This document shows, in pieces, positions 18,201-26,187 of a stretch of DNA of 39,712 nucleotides. The stretch is taken from NCBI GenBank assembly GCA_041389065.1, contig JAWKSM010000004.1:1-39712 (forward strand). Direction: 5' to 3'. Position numbers and translations under genes: made by a program. A model generated the notes under the pieces. The model had not been told where the DNA came from. It did no database searches and saw only the letters and a program-made list of their open reading frames with translations. Every line of letters begins with the position of its first letter. Within the stretch, counting starts at the first letter, position 1. The stretch comes from Minisyncoccota bacterium. Its GTDB lineage: Bacteria; Patescibacteriota; Minisyncoccia; Phycocordibacterales; CSBR16-119.

Positions 18201-20130
18201 TCAATTCTGAATTACTTCCAGTTTCTTTTATTAATTTAACTGCCTCATCAGCAAAAGAATCATTAAGTAACTCTATAATCCATTTTTTTATCAGTAATCT
18301 TATTTTTTCATCCTCCATAAAAGAATCCGGTAAAGAGAATATTTTTTTAATATTAAGATAAAATTTATAGTTATCAGACTTTATTAATATTTCTTTAATT
18401 ATATTACTAGTTTCATTTTCCGAAATTGAGAAAAATTCTTTTAAGTTAAAAATATTTCTAAATTTTGTTTTTAATTGAAAATTTTTTTGATCAAGTGCGT
18501 ATTCAATTATCATGGGCTTTATACTTAGCGCTACATCATCTTTATTTAGACCGCAACTTGAAACGATCTCTTGAATTATGTGAATGTCTCCCTTTAAAAC
18601 CAAGCTTTTAATTTTATTTTTCGCTTCTTCGATAATTTCTGGCTCTGCTAGAACAGCCCTTAAGGAGCTCAAATTTTCGTTGTTATTAATAACTTTAAAT
18701 ACATTAATCGTTTTCTGTAAACCTTCATCAGTCTTGAATGAATTTATGAAATTGTCTTTAAAAGTTTCCCTTACCTCATTGTCATTCAACATATTGTGAG
18801 AAATTTTAAAATTTTCAGAAACCCCTATGAGATAGCTAGTATAAGAATTCTCGTCAATTTTTTCTAAAAGAATATCCTTAATGATCTCCTCAATAGATTT
18901 ATCACTTATATTAAATTTTTCTTTTATCTTTAATGCCGTGGAAAAATCTAATCTATTAATATTTTTTGCCAAGCCTATATTTGCGGCTTCTTGCATATCT
19001 AGTTGATCTAAAACGCTATCGGGAATATTAAATTTTTCCTTAATTCTCATTGCAGCATAATAAACACCTTGGCCCATAATTTCTCTAACTGATTCAACCG
19101 CAGAATCCTGTGTTTCTGAATTTTGTATAAAATTTTCGTCAATTCCAATCTTTTCACAAATATTTAATACTCTTTGCCAACTAGCTTTTTTTAGAAGCAT
19201 TAATAAATTACTCTCTACAACATCCTTCAATTTTTCTTTTGGAAGATCTGAGTTCTTTATAATTTCAACCGCCAATTCTTGGTTATGTCTTGTACCTAAT
19301 TCACTATCCAGCCATTCGATGATAGCGTCTTGAACATCATCTTCACTCATACCCCAATCATTTTTTATTTGATTTATATTATTCAAAACACTTTTAACCG
19401 CCTCCGGATATTTTTGAGTGGGTACTTTGACTTTTTCCTTTTGTTCTTTTTTAATACCAGCCCTTACGGCCCCTTTAACTGCCGGACTATGAATAAAATC
19501 ATCGGACATAGAGAGTGCGTCGCTCATTTTTTTGGTCCAATAAAAATGCGACTCGTTTAATCCTTCAATAATTATTTTTTTTATTTTTTCTTGTATTTCT
19601 GGATCTTTAATAAAATCTTGAGATATTGGAAAGTTTTCCGCTATGGTCGCAATAGATCCATATGCGAACTCATCATTAAATTTGCGTGTAATAATATTTT
19701 GTATTACCATTTGACTTTCAGGATCAGTAAACAGCTCGTTTGACACAGCAAAGGTCTTTTTTAAAAAAACCGCAGTATGATAATTCGAAGAAATTACTTC
19801 CATTATTGATTTCTTTGCGAGCTCTTGCGTCTCTGGACTCTTAATAAATTCTGTAGAAAAACCAAAAGAATTCTCAATATTAATAATCTCAAACTTAGAA
19901 GGATATTTTGAAAAATCAGAAAGTATTTTTATTATTCTGTTTTGTGTTTCTAATAAAACCTCTTTATCATTTGTTATAGTTTCCCCTGAGCTTTCAAAAT
20001 CATTTTTTAATTTTATTGCGTCTTTTATTTTTCCTGAATTGATAAGAGAAATAATCTCATTTTTTAGAGATTCTCTCTTGTTGCTGTTCACTCCTTCACG
20101 TCTATTGTCTGGTGGTCCTTCTCTTGGCAT
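15253..20130 (-). CDS. 1625-aa repeat (alpha-solenoid-like) protein with a GNAT-like C-terminal domain
   Basis: Single uninterrupted ORF. The first ~830 aa are many degenerate ~35-40-aa units (...F.IS.EFI.SPE.Q..AKK.I...L). The last ~160 aa read IYVADLAAN.ESKLAGGKLIKAFIERY...ANARDKTSYQIILK, resembling the GNAT beta4-alpha3 and beta5-alpha4 region. Confidence 0.8.
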   Translation of the reverse strand: MPREGPPDNRREGVNSNKRESLKNEIISLINSGKIKDAIKLKNDFESSGETITNDKEVLLETQNRIIKILSDFSKYPSKFEIINIENSFGFSTEFIKSPETQELAKKSIMEVISSNYHTAVFLKKTFAVSNELFTDPESQMVIQNIITRKFNDEFAYGSIATIAENFPISQDFIKDPEIQEKIKKIIIEGLNESHFYWTKKMSDALSMSDDFIHSPAVKGAVRAGIKKEQKEKVKVPTQKYPEAVKSVLNNINQIKNDWGMSEDDVQDAIIEWLDSELGTRHNQELAVEIIKNSDLPKEKLKDVVESNLLMLLKKASWQRVLNICEKIGIDENFIQNSETQDSAVESVREIMGQGVYYAAMRIKEKFNIPDSVLDQLDMQEAANIGLAKNINRLDFSTALKIKEKFNISDKSIEEIIKDILLEKIDENSYTSYLIGVSENFKISHNMLNDNEVRETFKDNFINSFKTDEGLQKTINVFKVINNNENLSSLRAVLAEPEIIEEAKNKIKSLVLKGDIHIIQEIVSSCGLNKDDVALSIKPMIIEYALDQKNFQLKTKFRNIFNLKEFFSISENETSNIIKEILIKSDNYKFYLNIKKIFSLPDSFMEDEKIRLLIKKWIIELLNDSFADEAVKLIKETGSNSELITDVDIQTVAKRAMDNKIKGEDSLAAGNIAREFNLAESDVQEIVEKWILKRLDQSHIAEVISLKNNFNVSEEFIRSPNVQKLAKKEMLWILNMNGGVADDITENFKEIQKQFLIDNETANEIVLKSISNWMSVGKIYIAINLKERLEISDAEVKLGTIKLIKLNELSLGSMVETEETKKFFTENILGLSWKYIETLSLGENILIKKRLVEERGLDLNKIDEHEVEYDPQTENDYEYIFENIKNMEDSVWTQEDHEIKEAFETGALYFGYKKMFKFVGGKNHHDKLFAFKKVINMAQKSGLKPEQFYANILLQVQRDAGNYGVAEEYMEEEDDGGEAYETLEINSYQKLNNIADVFENIDVLEKLKKATEYEIKKIKDLVDQIKKPGDIFINWKSLKNFADLIELLNKSEILEQLKDLSGEGKEKLKDYVEYLAFHPNINTQSVIEFWQNPSGFLGVGDEHASRTHELKKPSNYTEIPYMDLRSEDLRDALIEGSLDQIQAWQPLEIEYKIPQGEITHLSFVDQMKKALGSRGEKITGIAKNPGVLFKKLNDLSKKERLNLMEIIKGQIAIPENLQQDFQSILYNGEYGLALPIKEYRMKIGLKSDPEVVVAGNDTACCMPFGSGKNNVYMYNPVCGQLVVQRKSKDGEWKTVAQSVVTKDRDIKVNVADLLKKLNGNEKTSLNGIFSDDVLVNEKDIMTCDNIEVSPNFRDITDLEVLYDDFFSEYAKHYGEKENLDTNRVVIGTGYTDASIGQNIDNTFVPTAPVGYSDNIGKTAKVIDLTKQKLILQKKLSAKNKPSIKKIESSIQGISDLTYADTLSAAYIEGKAYDDNSSLKEYLHNIENGLIAKDILNSHFNLPNMALKYEDEKKKTQGYLLAYEGSVEENEKVIYVADLAANTESKLAGGKLIKAFIERYKSEYIDKNRFIPILANARDKTSYQIILKQLESIGKDIGVRFELEEVNSYKKGNDTMRTVLIRPITD

Positions 20131-20198
20131 ATATTTAAAATTATATCATTTCCATACAAAAAAAGCTCCTTTAAAAAAGAGCTGTTTCTGACGCATCT

Positions 20199-20219
20199 CG
20201 TGCGGGATAACCCTGCACG
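20199..20219 (-). terminator. Hairpin immediately 3' of tRNA-Asn
   Basis: cgtgcggg-ataa-ccc(t)gcacg, 3 nt from the tRNA CCA end. A weaker hairpin with a T-tract lies further downstream at about 20163-20185. Confidence 0.35.
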
Positions 20220-20222
20220 ACT

Positions 20223-20297
20223 TGGCTCCCCGAGTAGGATTCGAACCTACGGCCAATCGATTAACAGTCGATTGCTCTACCGCTGAGCTATCGGGGA
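20223..20297 (-). tRNA. tRNA-Asn (anticodon GTT), CCA encoded
   Basis: Reverse complement is TCCCCGATAGCTCAGCGGTAGAGCAATCGACTGTTAATCGATTGGCCGTAGGTTCGAATCCTACTCGGGGAGCCA. It has a 7-bp acceptor stem, D and T arms (GGTTCGAATCC) and anticodon loop CTGTTAA. Confidence 0.95.
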
Positions 20298-20359
20298 ATA
20301 TTCTTTTTTCAAAGTGTATCTTTTCGATACAAAGCAAATATTATCAAAAAAATGATAAA

Positions 20360-20593
20360 ATGCCAATACTTATGTATATTCGGGTAAAAGTGCTTGCTGG
20401 GGTCAAAAGGGAGCTTGTAAAAGAGCTTGGCGAGAATAGGCTGGAAATCCATGTAAAAGAGCCGGCTTTGGCGAATTTGGCGAACAAAAGGGTTGTGGAG
20501 ATTGTGGCTTTTAAGATGGGAATTTCTGTTAAAAAAGTAAAAATTATTAGCGGGCATCATAGTCCAACTAAAATTTTGGCTGTTGAAATCTAG
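20360..20593 (+). CDS. DUF167 (YggU-like) family protein
   Basis: I.V.V..gakr..v.......l.I.v...P..G.AN..v....a.......V.I.sG..S..K pattern. The track ORF start at 20222 overlaps the tRNA, so the ATG at 20360 is used. Confidence 0.75.
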   Translation: MPILMYIRVKVLAGVKRELVKELGENRLEIHVKEPALANLANKRVVEIVAFKMGISVKKVKIISGHHSPTKILAVEI

Positions 20594-20676
20594 ATTTTGG
20601 TTTGTGGTAAAATTTATACAGAGGTTTATTAATTTAGTTGTGGGCTGTGCTAATATCACGACCTATCACAATCTGG

Positions 20677-21066
20677 ATGAATATAAATATAAAAGCAACA
20701 AATATTGATCTTACTGATCCAATAAGAGATTATGTTCATTCGAAAATCGGAGCTCTGGAAAAGATTATCGGAAATTCTGACGAAGTGAACTTGTTTGTTG
20801 AAATTGGAAAAGAGTCAAATCATCACAATAAAGGAGAAGATCTTTTTATGGCTGAAGTTAGGACTAGAATTGCCGGAAAAGATTATTATGTAAAAAATTT
20901 TAACGCTGATCTCTATGCCGCTGTTGATGAAACGAAAGATAATTTTTTAAGAGATGTTAAAACTGATAAAAAAAGAGGGCAGACACTTTTTATACGAGGC
21001 GCGAGAAGTTTGAAAAAACGTATAAAAGGTATGAAGCCGTGGTGGCCTTTTGGAAGTAAAGATTAA
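20677..21066 (+). CDS. hpf: Ribosome hibernation promoting factor (HPF/RaiA, short form)
   Basis: MNINIKATNIDLTDPIRDYV..K...LEK is the canonical sigma-54 modulation / S30AE start. An internal ATG is used rather than the track start. Confidence 0.85.
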   Translation: MNINIKATNIDLTDPIRDYVHSKIGALEKIIGNSDEVNLFVEIGKESNHHNKGEDLFMAEVRTRIAGKDYYVKNFNADLYAAVDETKDNFLRDVKTDKKRGQTLFIRGARSLKKRIKGMKPWWPFGSKD

Positions 21067-21083
21067 TTAATTTTAAATAGTAT

Positions 21084-21653
21084 ATGAAAAAATTTTGGGG
21101 AATTTTAGCGTTGATTATTATTGGAACACTTGCTTATATTTTTTTGAAAATACCTATGGAAAGAGAAACTTATATTATAAAAACAAATATGGGGGATATC
21201 ACTGTCGAATTGTTTAACGATACTCGTCCTGTGACGGCTGGTAACTTTTCAAAATTGGCCGAGCAGGGATTTTATGATGGTGTAAAATTCCACAGAGTTA
21301 TCGATGGATTTATGATTCAAGGTGGAGATCCGCTTTCAAAAGATGATTCAAAAAGAGATTATTGGGGAACTGGTGGTCCGGGATATAGTATTCAAGATGA
21401 GCTTCGCGCACCAAATGAAAATGTCAGAGGAACTATTTCAATGGCAAATGCTGGACCAAACACAGGAGGAAGTCAATTTTTTATAAATGTTGCTGACAAT
21501 ACACCGCTTGATTTAAGGCATTCTGTTTTTGGGAGAGTTGTTGCAGGGATGGATGTTGTCGACACTATTAGTTTGGTTGAAGTTGATCCAATGAAGAATC
21601 ACAAGCCAATAAAAGATGTTGTGATTGAGTCTGTGACGAAGGTTGTTGAGTAG
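21084..21653 (+). CDS. ppiB: Cyclophilin-type peptidyl-prolyl isomerase with an N-terminal TM anchor
   Basis: FHRVIDGFMIQGGDP, SMANAGPNTGGSQFFI and HSVFGRV motifs. Confidence 0.92.
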   Translation: MKKFWGILALIIIGTLAYIFLKIPMERETYIIKTNMGDITVELFNDTRPVTAGNFSKLAEQGFYDGVKFHRVIDGFMIQGGDPLSKDDSKRDYWGTGGPGYSIQDELRAPNENVRGTISMANAGPNTGGSQFFINVADNTPLDLRHSVFGRVVAGMDVVDTISLVEVDPMKNHKPIKDVVIESVTKVVE

Positions 21654-21667
21654 TTAATGTTTTAAAT

Positions 21668-21696
21668 AAAAGCGGCGCGCGAAGCGCGCCACTTTT
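21668..21696. terminator. Bidirectional intrinsic terminator
   Basis: aaaagc-ggcgcgc-gaa-gcgcgcc-actttt lies between convergent ppiB and fmt. Confidence 0.85.
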
Positions 21697-21698
21697 AT

Positions 21699-22523
21699 TT
21701 ATAGTGAAATCTCCTTTTTACCTTCAGGGATTATCTTTTTGATTATGAATTTTCCGTTTTCGAAAGTTGCTTCTGTGATTTTATTTCTTTTTCCACTTTC
21801 ATCGAAGTAAAAAATCCCTGGCCAACCCAAATATGCTCTGTATTTGGTCCACTTACTTTCATCGGTGTCAGACATTTTTATTTCTCCATCTGCTTTGCTG
21901 ATTTTCTTACAATGAGTCGCTTTTGATTCATCTTGCTCGACTGGCTCAATTTTTCCTTCTAGATAATCTGGGAGTATTTTTGTTAAAAGTTCTGCGCCCA
22001 CTTCAGTAAGTTTTTCTTTTAACTCCGGAGTTGTTATTTGATCATCAAGAGGAAATTTTTCTACTGCGACTATTGGTCCTGCGTCTAGCTTGAAAACAAG
22101 TTTTTGAATTGTCACCCCGGTTTCTTTTTGTCCTGACAAAATAGATTGTTCGACAGGAGAAGCTCCACGAAATTCTGGAAGTAGGGAATAGTGAATGTTC
22201 AAAAATCCTTTTGGTAGAGAATCTATTATTGATTGCGGGATTATGTGTCCGTATGCGACGACAATTCCAAGCAGGGCGCCGGATTTTCGTATTTCTTCCA
22301 AGACGTCGGCGCCCTGCTTTTCTGGTTGAATAACTTTTAGATTATTTTTTTCGGCAAAAGTTTTAACAGGTGGTGGAGTCATGATCTGCTTTCGTCCGAC
22401 AGGTTTATCTGGTGAAGTTATAACCAAAACAATCTCATAACTTTCTTTTAGCAAGCTCTCTAAAATTTTTACTGAGATTTCTGGTGTTCCTAAGAATATA
22501 ATTTTTTCTTTTTTTGATTCCAT
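21699..22523 (-). CDS. fmt: Methionyl-tRNA formyltransferase
   Basis: N-terminal IIFLGTPE, the HYSLLP.FRGASP catalytic motif, and position in a def-fmt operon. Confidence 0.9.
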   Translation of the reverse strand: MESKKEKIIFLGTPEISVKILESLLKESYEIVLVITSPDKPVGRKQIMTPPPVKTFAEKNNLKVIQPEKQGADVLEEIRKSGALLGIVVAYGHIIPQSIIDSLPKGFLNIHYSLLPEFRGASPVEQSILSGQKETGVTIQKLVFKLDAGPIVAVEKFPLDDQITTPELKEKLTEVGAELLTKILPDYLEGKIEPVEQDESKATHCKKISKADGEIKMSDTDESKWTKYRAYLGWPGIFYFDESGKRNKITEATFENGKFIIKKIIPEGKKEISL

Positions 22524-22775
22524 TTAACTTATGTATTTTTCGATGTTAAGCCATTCAAGAATATCTCCAATAAACGGAACATTTTGAAAAGTTTTTAGAA
22601 GCCATAAAATAATCGCAATTAAAAGTGCAGCAACTATTGTTGTTCCGACAGTTGTTCCAACTCCTAAAAATATCCCTCGCACAAAAGAGCGCTTTGGTGA
22701 ATTTGTTTCTTCAATTTCGTGACTAAGGATTTCTAAATTCTCATTTAGTTCCTCTATTTGTTCTTTGTCTTCCAT
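22524..22775 (-). CDS. Small membrane protein (DUF5665-like) between def and fmt
   Basis: 83 aa with an acidic N-terminus followed by F.RGI..G.G...G..i TM segments. Abuts fmt directly (no intergenic gap). Confidence 0.6.
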   Translation of the reverse strand: MEDKEQIEELNENLEILSHEIEETNSPKRSFVRGIFLGVGTTVGTTIVAALLIAIILWLLKTFQNVPFIGDILEWLNIEKYIS

Positions 22776-22777
22776 AT

Positions 22778-23305
22778 TTATTTATTATTTTTTTCTTCAG
22801 AAACTTCTTTTATAACAGAAGCTTTGTCGATAAATAGTATACCATCTAAGTGGTCAATCTCGTGTTGGAAAATTCTTGCCAAAAGCCCACCAGCACCTCT
22901 TATAATTTTCTCACCCCTTTCATTTACAGCTTCGATAGTTACATTTTTTGGTCTTTTAACGAGTCCATAAACACCTCGAATAGACAGACATCCTTCTTCA
23001 ATTTCTTCTGTTTTTTTTGAGAATTTTGTAATAACAGGGTTTAAAAAATAAATATGTTCGTAGAATTTTTTTTCTGGTTCGCCAGCCAAATAATCTTCAT
23101 CAAATATTTTTGTTGAGACTGCGAAAATTCTTTTGTTCACGCCAATTTGTGGTGCAGAAATTGCCACGCCGTCGTCTTGAGAACGAAGTGCTTCGCTTAA
23201 ATCTTCAAGAAGTTTTTGAGTTTCTTTTGTGCCGATTTCTTCTTGTGTTAAAGGCTTCGAGATTTCCCTCAATCTCTCATCGCCAATTTGTATGATTTTT
23301 ACCAT
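22778..23305 (-). CDS. def: Peptide deformylase
   Basis: G.AISAPQIG, EGCLS and QHEIDHL metal-binding motifs. Confidence 0.95.
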   Translation of the reverse strand: MVKIIQIGDERLREISKPLTQEEIGTKETQKLLEDLSEALRSQDDGVAISAPQIGVNKRIFAVSTKIFDEDYLAGEPEKKFYEHIYFLNPVITKFSKKTEEIEEGCLSIRGVYGLVKRPKNVTIEAVNERGEKIIRGAGGLLARIFQHEIDHLDGILFIDKASVIKEVSEEKNNK

Positions 23306-23315
23306 AACCTATAAA

Positions 23316-24653
23316 TTATAGATTTTTAAGGTGTTTTGCAAGCTTGTCGATATCAACTGTTGTTTGAGAACGGTTTGTCATGTCTCTCACGATAATTGAA
23401 TTTTCAAGAGCCTCTTTTTGTCCAAAAATAAGAGTGTGTGGTATTCCGCTTTTTTCTGCGATTGCAAGTTGTGAACCAAGACTGTCTTTTGAAAGAGATT
23501 GTCTTACTGGGATTTTGTTTTGTCGCAGGATTTCTATAACTTTCAAGCTTTTCATTTTGGCTTCTGTTCCAAGTTGAATTAAATATACTTTTGCTTTTTT
23601 CTTTACACGAGGTTTTGGAATTTTTGAACTTGCTTCTACAATCCTATCAACCCCAAAACCAAATCCAACACCAGGGATTTCTTTTTTGTATCCCATTGCT
23701 TTTGAAAGATAGTCGTATCGTCCACCACCACCAAGCGCCAATCTTTTTGTTACAACTTCTTCTTTATTTTCTTTTTCTTCAGAATCGTTTTCTGTTTCAT
23801 CAGAATCTGTTGTTGTAAAGAATTCAAAAACAGTGTGAGTGTAGTAGTCGAGGCCTCGAACAAGAGTGTGATCGAGTTCATAGTCCACACCAAGCTCGTT
23901 TAGGTTTTCCATAACTTCTTTAAAGTGTTTTTTACTTGCACTGTTTAAGTAGCTTACTGATTGAGGAGCTTCAGCATTTATTTGCAAAAGGTTTGGATCT
24001 TTTGAATCAAGAATTCTAAGAGGGTTGTCTTTCAGTCTTTGTCTATCTGTGGCGTTCATTTTGCCAAGGTGTTTTTTGTAGTAGTTCACCAATTCCTTCA
24101 AATAGTCTTTTCTACTTTCTGCATCACCGATTGAGTTTATCTTTAGAGAAATATTTTCAATCCCGGCTTCTTTTAGCATTAAAATTCCCATATGGATAAT
24201 CATTGCATCCATAATACTTTTTGGACTTCCGATAACTTCTATACCAAAAGTATAAAATTCTCGATATCTTCCTTTTTGCGGTTTGTCGTGTCGGAAAAGA
24301 GGACCATAATAATATAGTTTTACTGGCTGAGGTTTGTTTTGCATTCCGTGTTCTATGTATGCGCGCATTGTCGCAGCTGTTCCTTCAGGTCGCATCACAA
24401 GTTTGTCGCCACCTTTTGTTTTTACAGAATACATTTCTTTGTCGACAATATCTGTCCCACCACCAACTCCTTTTGTAAAAATTTCCTCGTGTTCTAAAAC
24501 AGGAGTTTGGATTGGTTTGAATCCATAGTATTCTGCGATCTCTTGTGCTTTTTCAAAAAAACCTTGGTAACTGTAGTAGTCGTCACCTGAAATATCTCTC
24601 ATTCCTTTTGGAGCTTGAAAGACATCTTCTTTCTTTTCTTTTTTTTCTGCCAT
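23316..24653 (-). CDS. hisS: Histidine--tRNA ligase
   Basis: Class II motifs (LRPEGT, FRHDKPQKGRYREF, GGGGRYD) and a C-terminal anticodon-binding domain. Has an acidic insertion DSDETENDSEEKENKEE. Confidence 0.95.
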   Translation of the reverse strand: MAEKKEKKEDVFQAPKGMRDISGDDYYSYQGFFEKAQEIAEYYGFKPIQTPVLEHEEIFTKGVGGGTDIVDKEMYSVKTKGGDKLVMRPEGTAATMRAYIEHGMQNKPQPVKLYYYGPLFRHDKPQKGRYREFYTFGIEVIGSPKSIMDAMIIHMGILMLKEAGIENISLKINSIGDAESRKDYLKELVNYYKKHLGKMNATDRQRLKDNPLRILDSKDPNLLQINAEAPQSVSYLNSASKKHFKEVMENLNELGVDYELDHTLVRGLDYYTHTVFEFFTTTDSDETENDSEEKENKEEVVTKRLALGGGGRYDYLSKAMGYKKEIPGVGFGFGVDRIVEASSKIPKPRVKKKAKVYLIQLGTEAKMKSLKVIEILRQNKIPVRQSLSKDSLGSQLAIAEKSGIPHTLIFGQKEALENSIIVRDMTNRSQTTVDIDKLAKHLKNL

Positions 24654-24654
24654 A

Positions 24655-25260
24655 TTATTTTTCTTCAGTTATTTGATAATCGTAGTGTCCAGGATTTAGT
24701 CCAAAAGAATTAAAGGGAAGCAATCTGATAAATGCTTTTCCAACAATATAATGTTCGTCTAAATTCCCCCAATATCTTGAATCAGAACTTGCTGCACGAT
24801 TATCTCCCATAACAAAATATTCTGTGTCTCCGATTGTTGTTGTGAAATTATTTTTGCTTTCGTTTTTTACATATGGTTCATCAAGAGCTATTGTTTCTCC
24901 ATCTTTTGTTTCTATAGAAACTTTTGAACCGTCGATTGTTACAACTTCACCAGGAAGACCGATAATTCTTTTTATGAAAAATTTTGAAGTGTCGTTTGGA
25001 TATCGAAAAACAACAACATCGCCTCTTTTGGGTTCTTCGAGTTTGTAGGATATTTGGTCGACTATCAGATACTGGCTGTTTTCAAATGTCGGAACCATTG
25101 AAGATCCGCTGACGATAAATGGCTGAGCAACAAAAGCTCTGATTGGCCAAACAATAATAAATGCAACTATTGCAAATTTGATTGTTTCCCAAATTCCATT
25201 TTGCTTTTTTTGTAAAGGAGTTTCGTTTTGTTCGATTTTTTCAAAATTTTCAGATTTCAT
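24655..25260 (-). CDS. lepB: Signal peptidase I
   Basis: SGSSM (catalytic Ser), KRIIGLPGE (Lys box) and GDNR..S.DSR. The internal ATG at 25260 is preferred over the track start at 25296. Confidence 0.9.
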   Translation of the reverse strand: MKSENFEKIEQNETPLQKKQNGIWETIKFAIVAFIIVWPIRAFVAQPFIVSGSSMVPTFENSQYLIVDQISYKLEEPKRGDVVVFRYPNDTSKFFIKRIIGLPGEVVTIDGSKVSIETKDGETIALDEPYVKNESKNNFTTTIGDTEYFVMGDNRAASSDSRYWGNLDEHYIVGKAFIRLLPFNSFGLNPGHYDYQITEEK

Positions 25261-25335
25261 ACAAAGAATTGTAATACAAATAAGAGCTTGACGCAAATTA
25301 ACTTCTTACTTATTTTTGTGATAATATGTGTTTGT

Positions 25336-25929
25336 ATGTTTTTAATAGCAGGTTTGGGTAATCCGGGAGAAAAATATAAAAATACAAGACACAATGTTGG
25401 CTTTCTGCTGATTGATTTTTTGTATTCTGGATTTGAATTCGACAAATACGCCGACGCTTTTATAAAAAAGGAACTAATAAAAGATAAAGAAGCTTTGATT
25501 ATTAAACCACAAACTTTTATGAACGATTCTGGAAGGTCTGTTTCTTTTTTGTCTGACAAATATGAGATCGATCCTGAAAATATTTTGGTTGTCTATGATG
25601 ATATTGATTTACCTTTTGGCGATGTTCGAGTTTCTTTTGATAGGGGAGAAGGTGGTCACAATGGGATAAAATCTATCGTGTCTCATTTGGGAACAAAAGC
25701 GTTTATAAGGCTCCGAGTTGGAATTTGTCCAAGAGATGAAAATGGAAATGCTGTAAAACCAAAAGGTGGATTTTTTACTCCTCCAAATAAAGCTGTTTCA
25801 AATTTTGTTCTGAAAGATTTTTCATCGGCTGATTTAGAAAAGATATCAAATCTTTCTTCGAAAGTAGAAAAAATTATAGAAACTTTTATAAAAGAGGGAA
25901 GAGAGAGGGTGATGAATGAGTTTAATTAA
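25336..25929 (+). CDS. pth: Peptidyl-tRNA hydrolase
   Basis: MFLIAGLGNPGEKYKNTRHNVGF canonical N-terminus and GGHNG motif. Start moved to the ATG at 25336. Confidence 0.93.
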   Translation: MFLIAGLGNPGEKYKNTRHNVGFLLIDFLYSGFEFDKYADAFIKKELIKDKEALIIKPQTFMNDSGRSVSFLSDKYEIDPENILVVYDDIDLPFGDVRVSFDRGEGGHNGIKSIVSHLGTKAFIRLRVGICPRDENGNAVKPKGGFFTPPNKAVSNFVLKDFSSADLEKISNLSSKVEKIIETFIKEGRERVMNEFN

Positions 25930-25973
25930 ATCCTATTCTTACTTTTTTCATGATAAAAAAGTAACAAAAAATC

Positions 25974-26130
25974 TAGACCCACACTTCACACTTAAAAATA
26001 TTAAATTTTAAACCAAAAAACAAGAAAACTCGTCTGAAAAATAATGTCTATACATTATTTTTCAGACTCAAACATTCTTGTTTTTAAGGTAAAATTTAAT
26101 ATTTTCTTAACAGTGTTCTCGTGTAGGGTC
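25974..26130. repeat. Long imperfect inverted repeat (about 157-nt extended hairpin) between pth and rpsA
   Basis: Perfect 16-bp core 26032-26047 / 26052-26067 (gtctgaaaaataatgt / acattatttttcagac). It is extended by the paired blocks caagaa/ttcttg, A5/T5, ttaaattttaat-type AT stems and gaccc/gggtc at the base. Confidence 0.7.
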
Positions 26131-26151
26131 GGAAGGATCTAATTTAAAAAC

Positions 26152-26177
26152 AAAAAATTCCCTTGCGGGAATTTTTT
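26152..26177 (-). terminator. Intrinsic terminator downstream of rpsA
   Basis: aaaaaattccc-ttgc-gggaatttttt. Confidence 0.75.
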
Positions 26178-26187
26178 GTTTTTAATT

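Noticed and set aside
15253-20130. Numerous 60-140-aa ORFs on the plus strand and one on the minus strand (for example 15680-15964, 17549-17965, 17328-17543) inside the giant gene
   Set aside because: All are nested in a continuous 4.9-kb ORF and have the Ser/Phe/Leu-rich shadow-frame composition expected opposite AT-rich coding DNA. The same reasoning applies to shadow ORFs inside uppP, hisS, rpsA, the Shedu-like gene and others.
20146-20593. Track ORFs 20146-20337 (-) and the 20222 start of 20222-20593 (+)
   Set aside because: Both run through the tRNA-Asn gene (20223-20297); the translations VGFEPTANRLTVDCSTAELS and AVEQSTVNRLAVGSNPT are tRNA read-through artefacts. The DUF167 gene starts at 20360.
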